Below are positions 29,970 to 40,225 of a DNA stretch of 64,000 nt, in pieces (position 1 is the stretch's first letter; the number at the start of each line of letters is the position of its first letter). A program made the position numbers and the translations under genes. The stretch spans positions 32,001 through 96,000 of IMG/VR virus record IMGVR_UViG_3300037067_011041. One strand, 5' to 3'. Below the pieces are notes generated by a model, which did no database searches, was not told the origin of the DNA, and was given only the letters and a program-made list of their open reading frames with translations. The stretch is from a virus (lineage: Duplodnaviria; Caudoviricetes).

Positions 29970-31202
29970 GTGCCAACAACTTTGAAGCCAGCGACAGACG
30001 GTGTTATGTTCGACGAACTTGACGACGGCCAGCTTGTTGTCGTCTTGAGTTCCGACCAAGATTACGATATCGGCAAGATCGCTCAGCGGCATGGCGACTG
30101 GCTGGTCATGGTCGGCGAGCCAGAGTCGGAAACTTACATGGAACCCGATGAACATGAACTGACCTTCCGAGTGCTGGCCGATGGTGAGTTGATCGCCGTA
30201 ACTGACAACGGCTAAACATACCGAACACGAGAGCAAGCCATGAGTGACAATGATAGACAAACGATAATGACAATCGGCCTTGTTGCTGTGTTTCTTTGTG
30301 TGCTTGCTCTCATGTTCGGCATCACTTACTTACAGCATTACAACGCTGTGACGGCCGACAAGCTTGAAGACATCAAGATGTGGGTTCGAGACACTCCGGA
30401 ACTTCAGGAACACGTTTGTAAGGCGGGCGCCGATGGTGAGTTTGACAACTGGGATTACATCCGTCTGCAACAGCTTCACTCAGAACTCAGGTATGACAGC
30501 AACGTCAAACAACTAACCACTTCGTGTGACTGACATGAGCCGAACACGTAAAGGCAGCAAAGGACCGGGATACGAGTATTGGTCGAGGCGGCCGGTGTCG
30601 CGTAAGTTCGGTACCTCTCCAGGGCCCTACTCGAAGAAGCGAACCCACTCGATTGAACGGGACGAGGAGAAGGAACTTCTCAGGAAAGAGGCAGAGGAAC
30701 TTGACGAGGATAAGGAATGAGAGATCATCACCGAGGACACAAGATTGAATGGAATGGACGCACCACATGGACGTACGCGCACTTCACCCCTTCACTGCTC
30801 AAATATGGCAAGGAGAGGCCATGCACGAAATGCGGAAAGGTGTCACGTGGGCCCGATCAATGTCTCGGGAAGCTTCCTGGTGTCAAGGCTGCATGCTGTG
30901 GACATGGCGTTGACGAAGACGCCTACATCACATTTGATAGTGGGCTCACTGTTAGAGGCCGGGACGTTCTCAGGCTGCGAGAATGTTGGATGCACCACGC
31001 CGTCGACCCAGGAACCGCCATTGCGATCTACCAGAGGCTGTCGTTCAATGTCGAGGCGACATACAAGCTTTGTCAGGCTGGAGACAGGGGAATACACAAC
31101 CTTGTGGAAATCGCCGCCATCCTGGAGATGCTTGTGCGAAAGTCGGTAGACGTTGCCGGAATCGGCGACGATCTTTTGTACTCTCGTAGAAATTTCACTT
31201 GA
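29970..31202 (+). other. Small CDSs (29970-30215, 30240-30533 membrane-anchored, 30535-30720 basic, 30717-31202 Cys-rich)
   Basis: RBS or coupling; 30240 resembles 52855-53145. Confidence 0.55.
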
Positions 31203-31226
31203 CAAACCCGTTTTCTGTGGTATACT
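31199..31226 (+). promoter_or_regulatory. Class-I promoter, leaderless (ATG at 31233)
   Basis: TTGACA-N16-TATACT. Confidence 0.85.
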
Positions 31227-31232
31227 TGTAGT

Positions 31233-31781
31233 ATGAACGCATACTTAGCCATCGACATCGAGACCAGCGGACTCAGTCCCGAAAGGAATCAAATCCTTGA
31301 GATCGGGGCGGTGCTGAACGTGCTGGATAAGCCGATAATGGAGTGTCCGACGTTCTATGCCACGGTGTGGCATGAAACTATCGTAGGTAGCTTGTATGCA
31401 CTCAAGCTGAACGCAAGTCTTATTGCGCGACTAGCCGATGGTGAAGGAAAGTCGCCGGGAGACGTAGGGACCGGCTTTCGTAGCTGGTTGCATAACCTTC
31501 GGGCTGCTTTCAATATTGAACAGTTCCATCTGCTAGGAAAGAACGTAGGAAGTTTCGACAAGCCGTTTCTTGAGGCGAGCCTTCCTTACTGGCCGTTCGA
31601 GTGGTTCTCATACCGATGTTTGGAAGTCGGCTCCATGTATGCCACGCCCGAAGGAATTCCAAGCCAGTCGGTATTGGCAAGGACTCTTACTGGATGCTTT
31701 CCAGGTGAAGAACACAACGCGTTGTACGATGCTCGTGTGTCTCTTGCCTTGGCCCGCGACAAATGGGGGATTGCGATATGA
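31233..31781 (+). CDS. Second DEDDh 3'-5' exonuclease
   Basis: IDIETSG, GKNVGSFD, HNALYDA. Confidence 0.85.
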   Translation: MNAYLAIDIETSGLSPERNQILEIGAVLNVLDKPIMECPTFYATVWHETIVGSLYALKLNASLIARLADGEGKSPGDVGTGFRSWLHNLRAAFNIEQFHLLGKNVGSFDKPFLEASLPYWPFEWFSYRCLEVGSMYATPEGIPSQSVLARTLTGCFPGEEHNALYDARVSLALARDKWGIAI

Positions 31782-33154
31782 AACCTACTCAGGAACAACT
31801 TGATCGACTGCCGAAGTGGGCCAAAGAGCACTTTGCCAAGCTGCAATACGAGCGTGATTCGGCCGTCGAGCAACTGAATTCACTGCACGACGAGCAAACG
31901 CCGACAGACATCTGGGTGGCGCATATCGAATACTCTACAGGGGAGTTCAAGGAGCGAAAGCAGTACATTGGCGGCACCCGCATTGAAGCCGAGTGCAAAG
32001 GAGTGCACCTGAATGTCAACCTGACTGAACGTGGTTTGGAATTAGGCTGGGGTCCGGCAGGCAGCGGGTCGCCGATAGGTGACATGTGCTTTATTCCTAC
32101 CTCCTACCAGCAAGCGCGAATCACCAATTTGGCGTATGATACGGACGAATTTCAACGGCTGTCAGAACGCCGGGAAAGGATCGAGAATCGTGACAACGAC
32201 TGAACAGATCATCAAACTTGGAGAAGGAATGGCCGAGATCGAGGCCGCCGTCACCACCGCCCAAGCGGAACGCAAGGCGAATCGAAAGAAAGTCAAGGGG
32301 GCACCTTGAGTCGCTTACCCGCAAGCAACTCATTGCGTTGGCAACACAGAAGAAGGTGTTGCCGTACCAACTCGCGGCCACAGAGACTCATGAACAGTTG
32401 GTGGCGGCTCTCATTGACGTCGAAGACGTGTTGAGGCCGGTGAACGCATGACAGCCATCTGTTTTAACTGCATCCATTGCCAAGGAAATCCCGAGCGAAC
32501 TGTCGAACGCAGTGTCGAGCATTGGTGTGGTTGTTCAGAGCAACTTCGCACCTGCTATGTAGATGGCAGCCGCTATCGACCGCATTGTCACCATGTAAAC
32601 ACTGACGGCAAGTGCTCAAGCTTCACTACCAGAAGGGTGACAGGCCAGCTTAAAACCCGCACCGGTGCGGTGCGTGACTTCAGTTATGCCTCGGTAGGCG
32701 ACATCGCGGCGAACCGCCACGCAATCGAAACTCAGTACATGCCCGGCAGCAAGGTACTGACCATGAGGATTCAATGAACCTCGTCCACCTGTTCAACAGC
32801 GGCCTGAAGTTTCTTGACGAGAGACTTCAGGCCGCGAAGGTAAAAACTGTGCTCGATGACGCGGGCGGGTTCGACCGTCTACAGACAACGTTCTATCTGT
32901 ATGACAAGGACATGGGTCTAGATGAAGCTTTCATCTGCGATCTGTTCCTTCAAGCTTTTGACGACTTGTCCGCCCAAATCGAACCCTACGGTATGCTGCT
33001 GGAATCCAGGCTGCTGTTCCTGGTGGACGGCAGCAAGAAGGTGTTCAACTTCACTCACTGCAAATTTCCGGTGCTGTGCTCAGCTTGGTACGACATTACC
33101 AATCAGCGAGGCACCTTCAAAATCGAACTCGACATACGAAAGGCAAAAGACTGA
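31778..33154 (+). other. Small hypothetical CDSs (31778-32203, 32448-32777, 32774-33154 and short ORFs between)
   Basis: Coupled ORFs. Confidence 0.5.
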
Positions 33155-33810
33155 TGCCGTACATTGCACGACAACAACGGGCCGCTCTTGATGTGATTAT
33201 CGACGGGCTTGTCAAGCGGACCAAAGGCTTGCCAAAAGATCAGATGCGCCGAGTGGTGTCCAACATCATCACCAAGTCATTTCTGACGGATGCTGACTCG
33301 TTCTTGATCGAGCCCACCATCGACAGCGTCGTGGGAGATCTTTGCCGCCGCATCCACACTCGCGGCGAAGCAAACTATGTTCTGTGCCGAGTGGTGTTGG
33401 AATCCATGAAGCCCGAAGGTGGCTGGGGCTATCATTCGCTCAGCGACACTATCATCGTCCTGGAAGGCGCCATTGAGGGCATCGATGAAAACTCAACGGG
33501 CACCAGTATGGACACCCTGTACGACTGTGTGTCTGTTTGTTACGACGCGGCCGATGAAATCAAGCGGCGTCTTCTCGGGCCGTATGAAGACACGGCCATC
33601 CGAAAGAACGGCGACATGGCATGCTTTGCCAACGAGCCGTTTGCCTACCTGCCTCCGATCGACTTCACGTTCGACGAGTTGGCTGGCGGGTGCTGTGGAT
33701 GCTGCCCTCCCGTTGCCGAAGCATGCTGCGACGTGCTGCCTCCCATCGCTGAAGCCTTCACGCAGGAACAGATCGACGCGGCCGAACGGGCAGCGAGAAA
33801 AACTGGCTGA
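33154..33810 (+). CDS. DUF6899-like protein with Cys-rich tail
   Basis: MPYI...GEANY...RRLLGPYEDTAIRKNGD pattern. Confidence 0.6.
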   Translation: MPYIARQQRAALDVIIDGLVKRTKGLPKDQMRRVVSNIITKSFLTDADSFLIEPTIDSVVGDLCRRIHTRGEANYVLCRVVLESMKPEGGWGYHSLSDTIIVLEGAIEGIDENSTGTSMDTLYDCVSVCYDAADEIKRRLLGPYEDTAIRKNGDMACFANEPFAYLPPIDFTFDELAGGCCGCCPPVAEACCDVLPPIAEAFTQEQIDAAERAARKTG

Positions 33811-33816
33811 ATTCGC

Positions 33817-33844
33817 TTGACTTTTGCAGTTTTCATGGTATACT
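33817..33844 (+). promoter_or_regulatory. Class-I promoter (leadered; genes 33876-34085 and SPFH)
   Basis: TTGACT-N16-TATACT. Confidence 0.85.
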
Positions 33845-34100
33845 TGTAGTATAACCTCTTCACAAGGATAAGACCGTGAGCTACAAAAGTAAAGAGCAGA
33901 AAGAAGCCGATCAAGCCATCAGAAACTGGCGGCGGGACCACCTGTTGGGTATTGTCAGATGGAGGAACGTACCTATTCCTCTTTCGATTGTAAACTCCAC
34001 TTACGACATCCCGCACACGCGGTACATTTACCGATACAAGGACGTCTACGTTTTTGGCGTCCGCGTAGCAAGAGTTCAATACTAACCCCGGAGGATCTCA

Positions 34101-35012
34101 ATGAGATCGAATTCGTCTTCTGTGCGTCCAATCATCTTGTCTTGTGTGGCGGTCGTTGCTTTGATCGTCGGCCTCATCATGGGTTGCAGTTCCTTTGAGG
34201 CGATCCCGGCCGGTAACGTCGGCGTGCCCACACTGTTCGGAAACGTGGTAGAGAAAGCCTACTCTGACGGCATGCACTTCCCCGTGAACCCGCTGTACTC
34301 GTGGACGCTGTACGACTGCCGACAAAAGAACCTTGATTGCCCGCAGATCCAGGTGCCTACGAAGGATCAGCAAACGTCGCAAATCGACTTCAGCGTACAG
34401 TACAGGATCGCAAGCACGTTGTGCCCGAAGGCCAAGTCGGAAATTGGCAACGCCGAAGACATCGTCTCTGTCCGAGTGCTGCCCAATCTCAGGTCGTTGG
34501 TTCGATCCGAAGGCAAAGGAGTAGCCCGCTGTGAAGACCTGTTTGATGAGGCTGTGCAGGCCGCGATGGAAGTCAACTTGCAGTCACGGTTGCAGCAAAA
34601 GGTTGGCGAGTACGTTGTCATCGAAGCTGTTCTAATTCGCAACGTCGCCCTGCCCGAGCATATCAAGGAGGCCATCAAGAGCAAGAAGGTTCGCGAGCAG
34701 AAGGCCGAGGAGCAGAAGGCCGAGTTGGCGCGGTTCGAGACCGAGCAGCAACAGAAGGTGAAGACGGCCCAAGCCGAACGCGAGGCCGCCGAGGAAGAGG
34801 CCAAGAAGGTCACCGTCATGGCGGATGCAGAGGCGTATGAGATCAAGGCAATCAATGCCGCACTGGCCGACAGCCCGAACTTCATCCGTCTTCGTGCCCT
34901 CGATACGCTCAACGAATTGTCCAAGAACCCGGCGACCCAGTTGTACTTCCTCAATGGCGACTCGCCCGACCCGCTTCCCTTGATGCACCTCGGTGCCCCT
35001 GTGACGAAATAG
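34101..35012 (+). CDS. Prohibitin/SPFH-family membrane protein
   Basis: TM anchor, IPAGNVGV, GMHFPVNP, VPTKDQQ, C-terminal coiled coil; GGAGG RBS. Confidence 0.9.
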   Translation: MRSNSSSVRPIILSCVAVVALIVGLIMGCSSFEAIPAGNVGVPTLFGNVVEKAYSDGMHFPVNPLYSWTLYDCRQKNLDCPQIQVPTKDQQTSQIDFSVQYRIASTLCPKAKSEIGNAEDIVSVRVLPNLRSLVRSEGKGVARCEDLFDEAVQAAMEVNLQSRLQQKVGEYVVIEAVLIRNVALPEHIKEAIKSKKVREQKAEEQKAELARFETEQQQKVKTAQAEREAAEEEAKKVTVMADAEAYEIKAINAALADSPNFIRLRALDTLNELSKNPATQLYFLNGDSPDPLPLMHLGAPVTK

Positions 35013-35051
35013 CGTAGTCTCGCTGTGGGCGACAGTCGTCGCCCGCAGTCT

Positions 35052-35137
35052 GGGTTGTGTCCCTCACGGCGGACTGTAAATCCGTTGTCATTAACTAGTG
35101 AGGTGGCTGACAAGAGGTTCAATTCCTTCACAACCCA
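35052..35137 (+). tRNA. Non-canonical tRNA-Tyr(GTA): 8/4 fold, no D stem, long variable arm
   Basis: GGGTTGTG/CACAACCC + A73; anticodon GCGGA-CTGTAAA-TCCGT; T arm GAGG-TTCAATT-CCTT; variable stem TGTCA/TGACA. Confidence 0.75.
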
Positions 35138-35238
35138 CTAACTTACAATGAGGTAGCTGTGAGCACACTTGATATACTGGCCATGTGCGGATCGTTCGTC
35201 TTAATCATGATGATTCCAATCCTGTCTCGGAGAATTCC

Positions 35239-35928
35239 GTGAACTTCAAGCGTAAGAAGATCCGTGGGCAGAACGCCAAGACCAAGCGAACCTGGATGGA
35301 TGATGACGGCAACTACCGCATCACATGGTCTACTGATATCGCCGGTATCAAGATGGATGCCCCTGTTATCCATGCGTGCGTTTTCACGGACTGGGGCTGG
35401 GGCTTCGCTGGTAAGCGGGGCCCCTACAAGACGGTGAAGGCGGCCAAGCAGGCTTGCGAGTTCAACAAGGAACTTTGGGATGCGTTCCTGTCTATGGAGG
35501 GCCGCGACAAGATAGCCCAGTACAATGTGCTGCGACACAAGTCGATGGTGGGCAGCGGTAAGAGCGCGGTGTCGGCCATGTCCGATATTCCATTGTGGGT
35601 GCTTGGGCTGGCCGATGAGCGGCAGTTGTCAATCATCTGCCCCAAAAGAAAAGGCGACGAATGCGATTACCAGGACGACCCTACGCCAATATCGAACATT
35701 TCAGACGCATCTACCCATGGTCAAAGTGGGGAAAGCCAATCAAGTACCCCTGTACCAGATGCTCCTGTGAAGGCTGCCCGGCGTGCAACGGCACGGGAAA
35801 AGGGACGAAAGAAGAACTCGAAGCCCTCTACAACAAAACGATCCGGGACTGGGAAGACGCGTACAAAGCGATCTACAAGTACAACCAGTTCATCGCGTCG
35901 CTCACGACAAAAGAAAGAGAAATCCTAG
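35239..35928 (+). CDS. Hypothetical protein with basic low-complexity tail overlapping next gene
   Basis: GGAG RBS and GTG start. Confidence 0.55.
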   Translation: MNFKRKKIRGQNAKTKRTWMDDDGNYRITWSTDIAGIKMDAPVIHACVFTDWGWGFAGKRGPYKTVKAAKQACEFNKELWDAFLSMEGRDKIAQYNVLRHKSMVGSGKSAVSAMSDIPLWVLGLADERQLSIICPKRKGDECDYQDDPTPISNISDASTHGQSGESQSSTPVPDAPVKAARRATAREKGRKKNSKPSTTKRSGTGKTRTKRSTSTTSSSRRSRQKKEKS

Positions 35929-35951
35929 TCAGCAGAGGTGTGACGCCATGA
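35661..35951 (+). CDS. Small DnaJ-type zinc-finger protein
   Basis: CTRC...CPACNGTG; ATGA-coupled to 35948-36343. Confidence 0.6.
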   Translation: MRLPGRPYANIEHFRRIYPWSKWGKPIKYPCTRCSCEGCPACNGTGKGTKEELEALYNKTIRDWEDAYKAIYKYNQFIASLTTKEREILVSRGVTP

Positions 35952-36342
35952 GTTTTGCCGACTTTTGCAAAGACAAGCTTGACGAACGAAACAAGACTAA
36001 CGAAGACGCGAGTCTCCGTGCCGCCGAGCGTCTAAGCATACTGATGCAGGCCGTAAGCTGTGTAGAAGACATCGGTTTGAAAGCGATCAAGGGCAACAAC
36101 TATTGGCAGCTTATCATTTGTACCTCGAATGTGGATTGGCGAGCCAGAATCGAACAAGGGGTGTTGAACGGCCGGGTATGGTCAGAGACATTTAATGGAG
36201 ACAAGTACCGAGTGAAACTATCGAACTCAAACGACCCTGGGTATGAATTCGATAGCTTCATAACTGAAGACCAGAAGGCCCTTAACCGCTGGGTGCGGAA
36301 CAAGCTGGCTGACTACGCTATCGACGCAGGGCTGATTAAGTA

Positions 36343-36762
36343 ATGGACCCAAAAAAGTTCCGCAGCAAGATGGGCCCGGAGGCCATAATCCAGAGGGACT
36401 TTATTGAGTACCTGACGCTGCGTGGCTGGCATGTTGAACGAATGATCGGCAACGCCCTGCAAATGGGCATCCCAGACATCTACATCATGCACTTTCAGCA
36501 TGGCAAGCGGTGGGTCGACCTGAAGAACCCGATCGATTACGAGTTCACGAAGGCGCAGAGAATCAAGTGGCCTATCTGGGAGAAGAACGGGACTGGAATC
36601 TGGATCATAACCGGAGCCACCGACGAAGAGTACGCCAAGCTGTGGCGACCGCCGAACTGGCGAGAGTATTGGAAACCTCGATACGACGAAGAGCAGCTAG
36701 AACTGGAAGAGGACTTGCGGTGGCTGTTCGATGAATTTCACGCGGAGAACGCAAATGAATAG
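36343..36762 (+). CDS. VRR-NUC-like PD-(D/E)xK endonuclease
   Basis: EAIIQ...GIPDIY...WVDLK...TKAQ. Confidence 0.8.
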   Translation: MDPKKFRSKMGPEAIIQRDFIEYLTLRGWHVERMIGNALQMGIPDIYIMHFQHGKRWVDLKNPIDYEFTKAQRIKWPIWEKNGTGIWIITGATDEEYAKLWRPPNWREYWKPRYDEEQLELEEDLRWLFDEFHAENANE

Positions 36763-37390
36763 ACCAGCAGTGGGTGTGGCCGTCGCCGTACGCCGCAATG
36801 ACCGAGTGCTTCTCGGGCTTCGAGAAAGAGAGCCAGGGGCTGGAACCTGGATGCTTCCTGGAGGCCATCTGGAGAGCGGAGAATCATTTGAGGATTGCGG
36901 TCGCCGCGAGATTGAGGAAGAGACAAGCATCATCCTGGATGATATCCGGTTTTGGACAGTAGGCAATGTCATCTACCGTCTAGAAGATCAACATTGGGTT
37001 GTAATCTACATGGTGGCCGACCTTCCTGATGGACAAGAGGCAAAGGTAACAGAGCCTGAAGAGTGCAAAACCTGGGGCTGGTTTCTATGGGACGAGTTGC
37101 CATGGCCACTGATGCTCAGTACAGGCAACCTGATTGTTCGCGGGTTGAATCCATTCAAAGTTGGGCGTGGGCTTACTGCTAGACCGATGACCGAAGCAAT
37201 TCACGGCCGTTATGTCGGCCCCGAAGCAAGATTCTGGCATAGGACGGCCGACATTGTAGTCGACGGTCTATTCGTTCGGGCCCAGTTTGACGGTGGCGCC
37301 TTATGGGAGACCAATTCACGACTTACATTCAGACTGGACGAATGGGAAGTCGATATCAACGGAAACTGGCAACCCCTGGTGGTTCAATGA
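36755..37390 (+). CDS. Nudix hydrolase (MutT/NUDT15-like) with C-terminal extension
   Basis: PGGHLESGESFEDCGRREIEEET; EPEECKTWGWF. Confidence 0.9.
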   Translation: MNRPAVGVAVAVRRNDRVLLGLREREPGAGTWMLPGGHLESGESFEDCGRREIEEETSIILDDIRFWTVGNVIYRLEDQHWVVIYMVADLPDGQEAKVTEPEECKTWGWFLWDELPWPLMLSTGNLIVRGLNPFKVGRGLTARPMTEAIHGRYVGPEARFWHRTADIVVDGLFVRAQFDGGALWETNSRLTFRLDEWEVDINGNWQPLVVQ

Positions 37391-37749
37391 AGCCGCAGTA
37401 TCTAGCTTGGATCGAAGAGAACGTTACCGAGACTTACGGCACCTGCCAAGAGGTAACCGAGAGGATGCAGGCCGCGTTCCCGGAGTTGGCTCGTGTACGC
37501 GGTCACTACTACTGCTTTGCCTGGGGCGAGCGAGCCCATTGGTGGCTAAAAGACGGAGGAGAAATCATAGACCCTACCGCCGACCAGTTTCCGTCGAAGG
37601 GCGCAGGAGCGTACGTTGAATGGGTCGAAGGATCGGCGGAGCCGACTGGCATGTGCCCGAATTGCGGTGGTTATGTTTACACCGGCGGCACATGCTGCTC
37701 AGATGAGTGCGGCATCGAGTACGCTGCCTACTGTTCAAACCCCTGGTGA
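37387..37749 (+). CDS. Transglutaminase/papain-like fold protein
   Basis: GTC...HWWL...IIDPTADQF triad pattern. Confidence 0.55.
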   Translation: MKPQYLAWIEENVTETYGTCQEVTERMQAAFPELARVRGHYYCFAWGERAHWWLKDGGEIIDPTADQFPSKGAGAYVEWVEGSAEPTGMCPNCGGYVYTGGTCCSDECGIEYAAYCSNPW

Positions 37750-37757
37750 TCGATCAA

Positions 37758-38371
37758 ATGAAAAAGTGGAAAGTGTTTCTCGATTTGGATGGTGTGCTCG
37801 TTGATGCACAACTCCCTTTGATGGCGTTATGGGACGCTAGGATCGGCAGCGAAGACGAGTACCCGACCGGCTTTTATTGGGACATCCAAGGGGCCATCAA
37901 CTTCGTTCGTCAGAGTCGGGGCTTGTCAGCCTTGCCTCACACTCCCAACCAATTCTGGTCCACTATGTCAAGGGACTGGTGGTACCATCTACCGCTCTAT
38001 CCTACTGCAATCAATTTTGTTCGCTGGTTGGAAACCGGCCCGTTTGACATCTGCCTTGCCACTGCCTCGGTGAACTCAGACTCTGCTGCCGCCAAGGTAG
38101 ATTACATTCACCGTTTGCTGCCAGAATATGATAGGAAGTCGTTCGTCGGCTATCCCAAACACATGCTGGCAGGTCCGGATTGCATCCTGATTGACGATCG
38201 GGATAAAACTGTGAAGAGTTTGAGGCAGCCGGTGGAAAGGCCATCCTTGTTCCTCGCCCGTGGAACAAAGGCTACACACTTCCTACAAGCTTCAACAAGA
38301 GCACGGGCGATAGGCGGCCTGTGTACAACGTCGTGGCCACTGAACTTTACTCACACTGCAAAGAGACCTAA
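37758..38371 (+). pseudogene. HAD 5'(3')-deoxyribonucleotidase, frameshifted at 38205-38208
   Basis: DLDGVL and LIDD motifs; -1 frame continues NCEEFEAAGGKAILVPRPWN to TAA 38371. Confidence 0.8.
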
Positions 38372-38542
38372 TGGAACCAATCTACCTGAACCTCGTTGTC
38401 GTTGACAATATTACGCCGGGATACTCGATTGAGACCTGCATCTATTCGGATGCTTGGATTGAAATTGCCGCACTGTACGAAGAGGTGCGACACCTGATAG
38501 TAGCTCGTCATTTTGATTCGATTTTTACTGAGGACACGGCCG

Positions 38543-39004
38543 ATGGGGTCTGATCCAAGCGCCACCCTGTGCTTTGGCTACGCCTTCCCAGGAGAAGACG
38601 TCGAGTTTCCGTGGTCGCGGTACGATGACATCGAAGACTGGTGGATGGAAGTCAACGAATTTGAAAACCCGGCCGGAGACCCGTACGACGCGTATGGTAA
38701 CCGTCTTCCAGGTGTTCGAGAAGAGGACGAAGACCTCTATTGGAATACGCGAAGAGAATGGAGACGCGCCAACCCAGTACCTGTAGAGGTGGTCACCTGC
38801 TACTCGTACGACTATCCTGGAGGATATGTTCTTACCACGAAAGCCGTAACGGCCTGCTCGCCAGACGGAGGCCCAGACAAACTAAACGAGTCGATCTTCT
38901 CGAATGCACACGAGGCCAGCTTGGTGCTGGAAGAGTTCTGTAAGAAGTACAACATCGAGACCAGCGGCGAGCCCGCTTGGTACCTCACAAGTTTTTACGG
39001 GTGA
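38543..39004 (+). CDS. Hypothetical acidic protein
   Basis: Coupled ORF. Confidence 0.6.
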   Translation: MGSDPSATLCFGYAFPGEDVEFPWSRYDDIEDWWMEVNEFENPAGDPYDAYGNRLPGVREEDEDLYWNTRREWRRANPVPVEVVTCYSYDYPGGYVLTTKAVTACSPDGGPDKLNESIFSNAHEASLVLEEFCKKYNIETSGEPAWYLTSFYG

Positions 39005-39009
39005 ACCGA

Positions 39010-39507
39010 ATGAATCTAGTGCATTCCTTCTCCAATGATTGCGTCGCGGCCTCGCTCGCTATGCTGTTCGGATGTGACATTGAGGCAATCAAACACGAGC
39101 TATTCAGCAACCTGATGCACCCGTTCCCGGCTCCGTGGGACTGCTTGCCAAAAGTACCGGACATGAATGTAATCTGTGACTGGGCCTGGGGGCACAGGCG
39201 GACGGCCTTGGTGCCATTTGAATACGATCCTTACTGCTCACCGGATGTCAATTGTCCGACAGTTCCTGTGTGGCCTATTTCGCCCAACAAGCCTGGAAGC
39301 GCAGAGTTTGCGTTTTCTCGTGCTCTCGGATATGGGTCGGGGCTTCTTGAAGGGGTAGTAGTCGACGGAGAGCGAGGACATATGTGTGCGTGGGATGGCA
39401 ACGTAGTGTATGACCCGCGTGGCTACATCTATTCCAGAAACATCGCCCTGGACAAGTTTGACTATCGCATTCGTCGATTCTGGCTTGCCGTTCGGGCAGT
39501 CGCTTGA
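39010..39507 (+). CDS. Peptidase C39-like protein
   Basis: NDCVAASLAM...GHMCAWDG..VYDP. Confidence 0.6.
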   Translation: MNLVHSFSNDCVAASLAMLFGCDIEAIKHELFSNLMHPFPAPWDCLPKVPDMNVICDWAWGHRRTALVPFEYDPYCSPDVNCPTVPVWPISPNKPGSAEFAFSRALGYGSGLLEGVVVDGERGHMCAWDGNVVYDPRGYIYSRNIALDKFDYRIRRFWLAVRAVA

Positions 39508-39534
39508 AGTCAGCGTCTGAAAGGAATCTCTACT

Positions 39535-40221
39535 GTGAACTACATCCATCTGAAGCATTACCATTCCGACGTGAAACGATTTGACCATCCTCTTTTGAAC
39601 GGGTGCCAAACCGTTTCGGAAGATGATTTGAATGCAGAGGCGGCCCAAGTCCTGGAAGGCAAGCCTCCAGGCGATCTTATCATGTCGCTTCGAGGGTGTG
39701 TGAGCATGCTGGTGGGCAGGTATTTGGCGAATTGGCCGGTGACCACCCCTTATTTGGATGAGATGGTAAGCGAAGGGCTGATCCAAATAGTTCAGCTTTG
39801 CAACAAAATCCCACTTGACAAATTCCATGAGCGTGGTATACTTAAATTAGCTACCTCGCGTGCTCAAAATGGAATCGAGGACATGCTTAACAGCATTCGA
39901 TCGATAACGGCTCCGGGAAAGACTACGCAAAAGACGCGAATGCACAACGGTGATGATCCGCTCTATCTTACTTCAGAAAGGGCCGTAGACACCGGCAGCG
40001 AGATTGATAATCCATCGGACGATGGCGACGAGAAAATCAGAGATATCTTGGATGCCTTCTGCAAGATCTGCCCGGAAGATGAAGTGGATGAGTACATCAT
40101 GGACGAGTATAACTGGGGAAGGACGAACGAAGAATTGGCCGAAGAGTTAGGGGTAGGAAAATCGACGATTCACAGACGGCGACAACGCCTCTATCAAAAG
40201 TACCTTGAGATAACGGAGTAA
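39535..40221 (+). CDS. Sigma-70-like phage transcription factor
   Basis: Region-2-like DEMVSEGLIQI; region-4 HTH TNEELAEELGVGKSTIHRRRQR. Confidence 0.7.
   Translation: MNYIHLKHYHSDVKRFDHPLLNGCQTVSEDDLNAEAAQVLEGKPPGDLIMSLRGCVSMLVGRYLANWPVTTPYLDEMVSEGLIQIVQLCNKIPLDKFHERGILKLATSRAQNGIEDMLNSIRSITAPGKTTQKTRMHNGDDPLYLTSERAVDTGSEIDNPSDDGDEKIRDILDAFCKICPEDEVDEYIMDEYNWGRTNEELAEELGVGKSTIHRRRQRLYQKYLEITE
39815..39842 (+). promoter_or_regulatory. Class-I promoter inside the sigma-like gene
   Basis: TTGACA-N16-TATACT with preceding C and GTGG before the -10, full consensus match. Confidence 0.7.
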
Positions 40222-40225
40222 CCCG

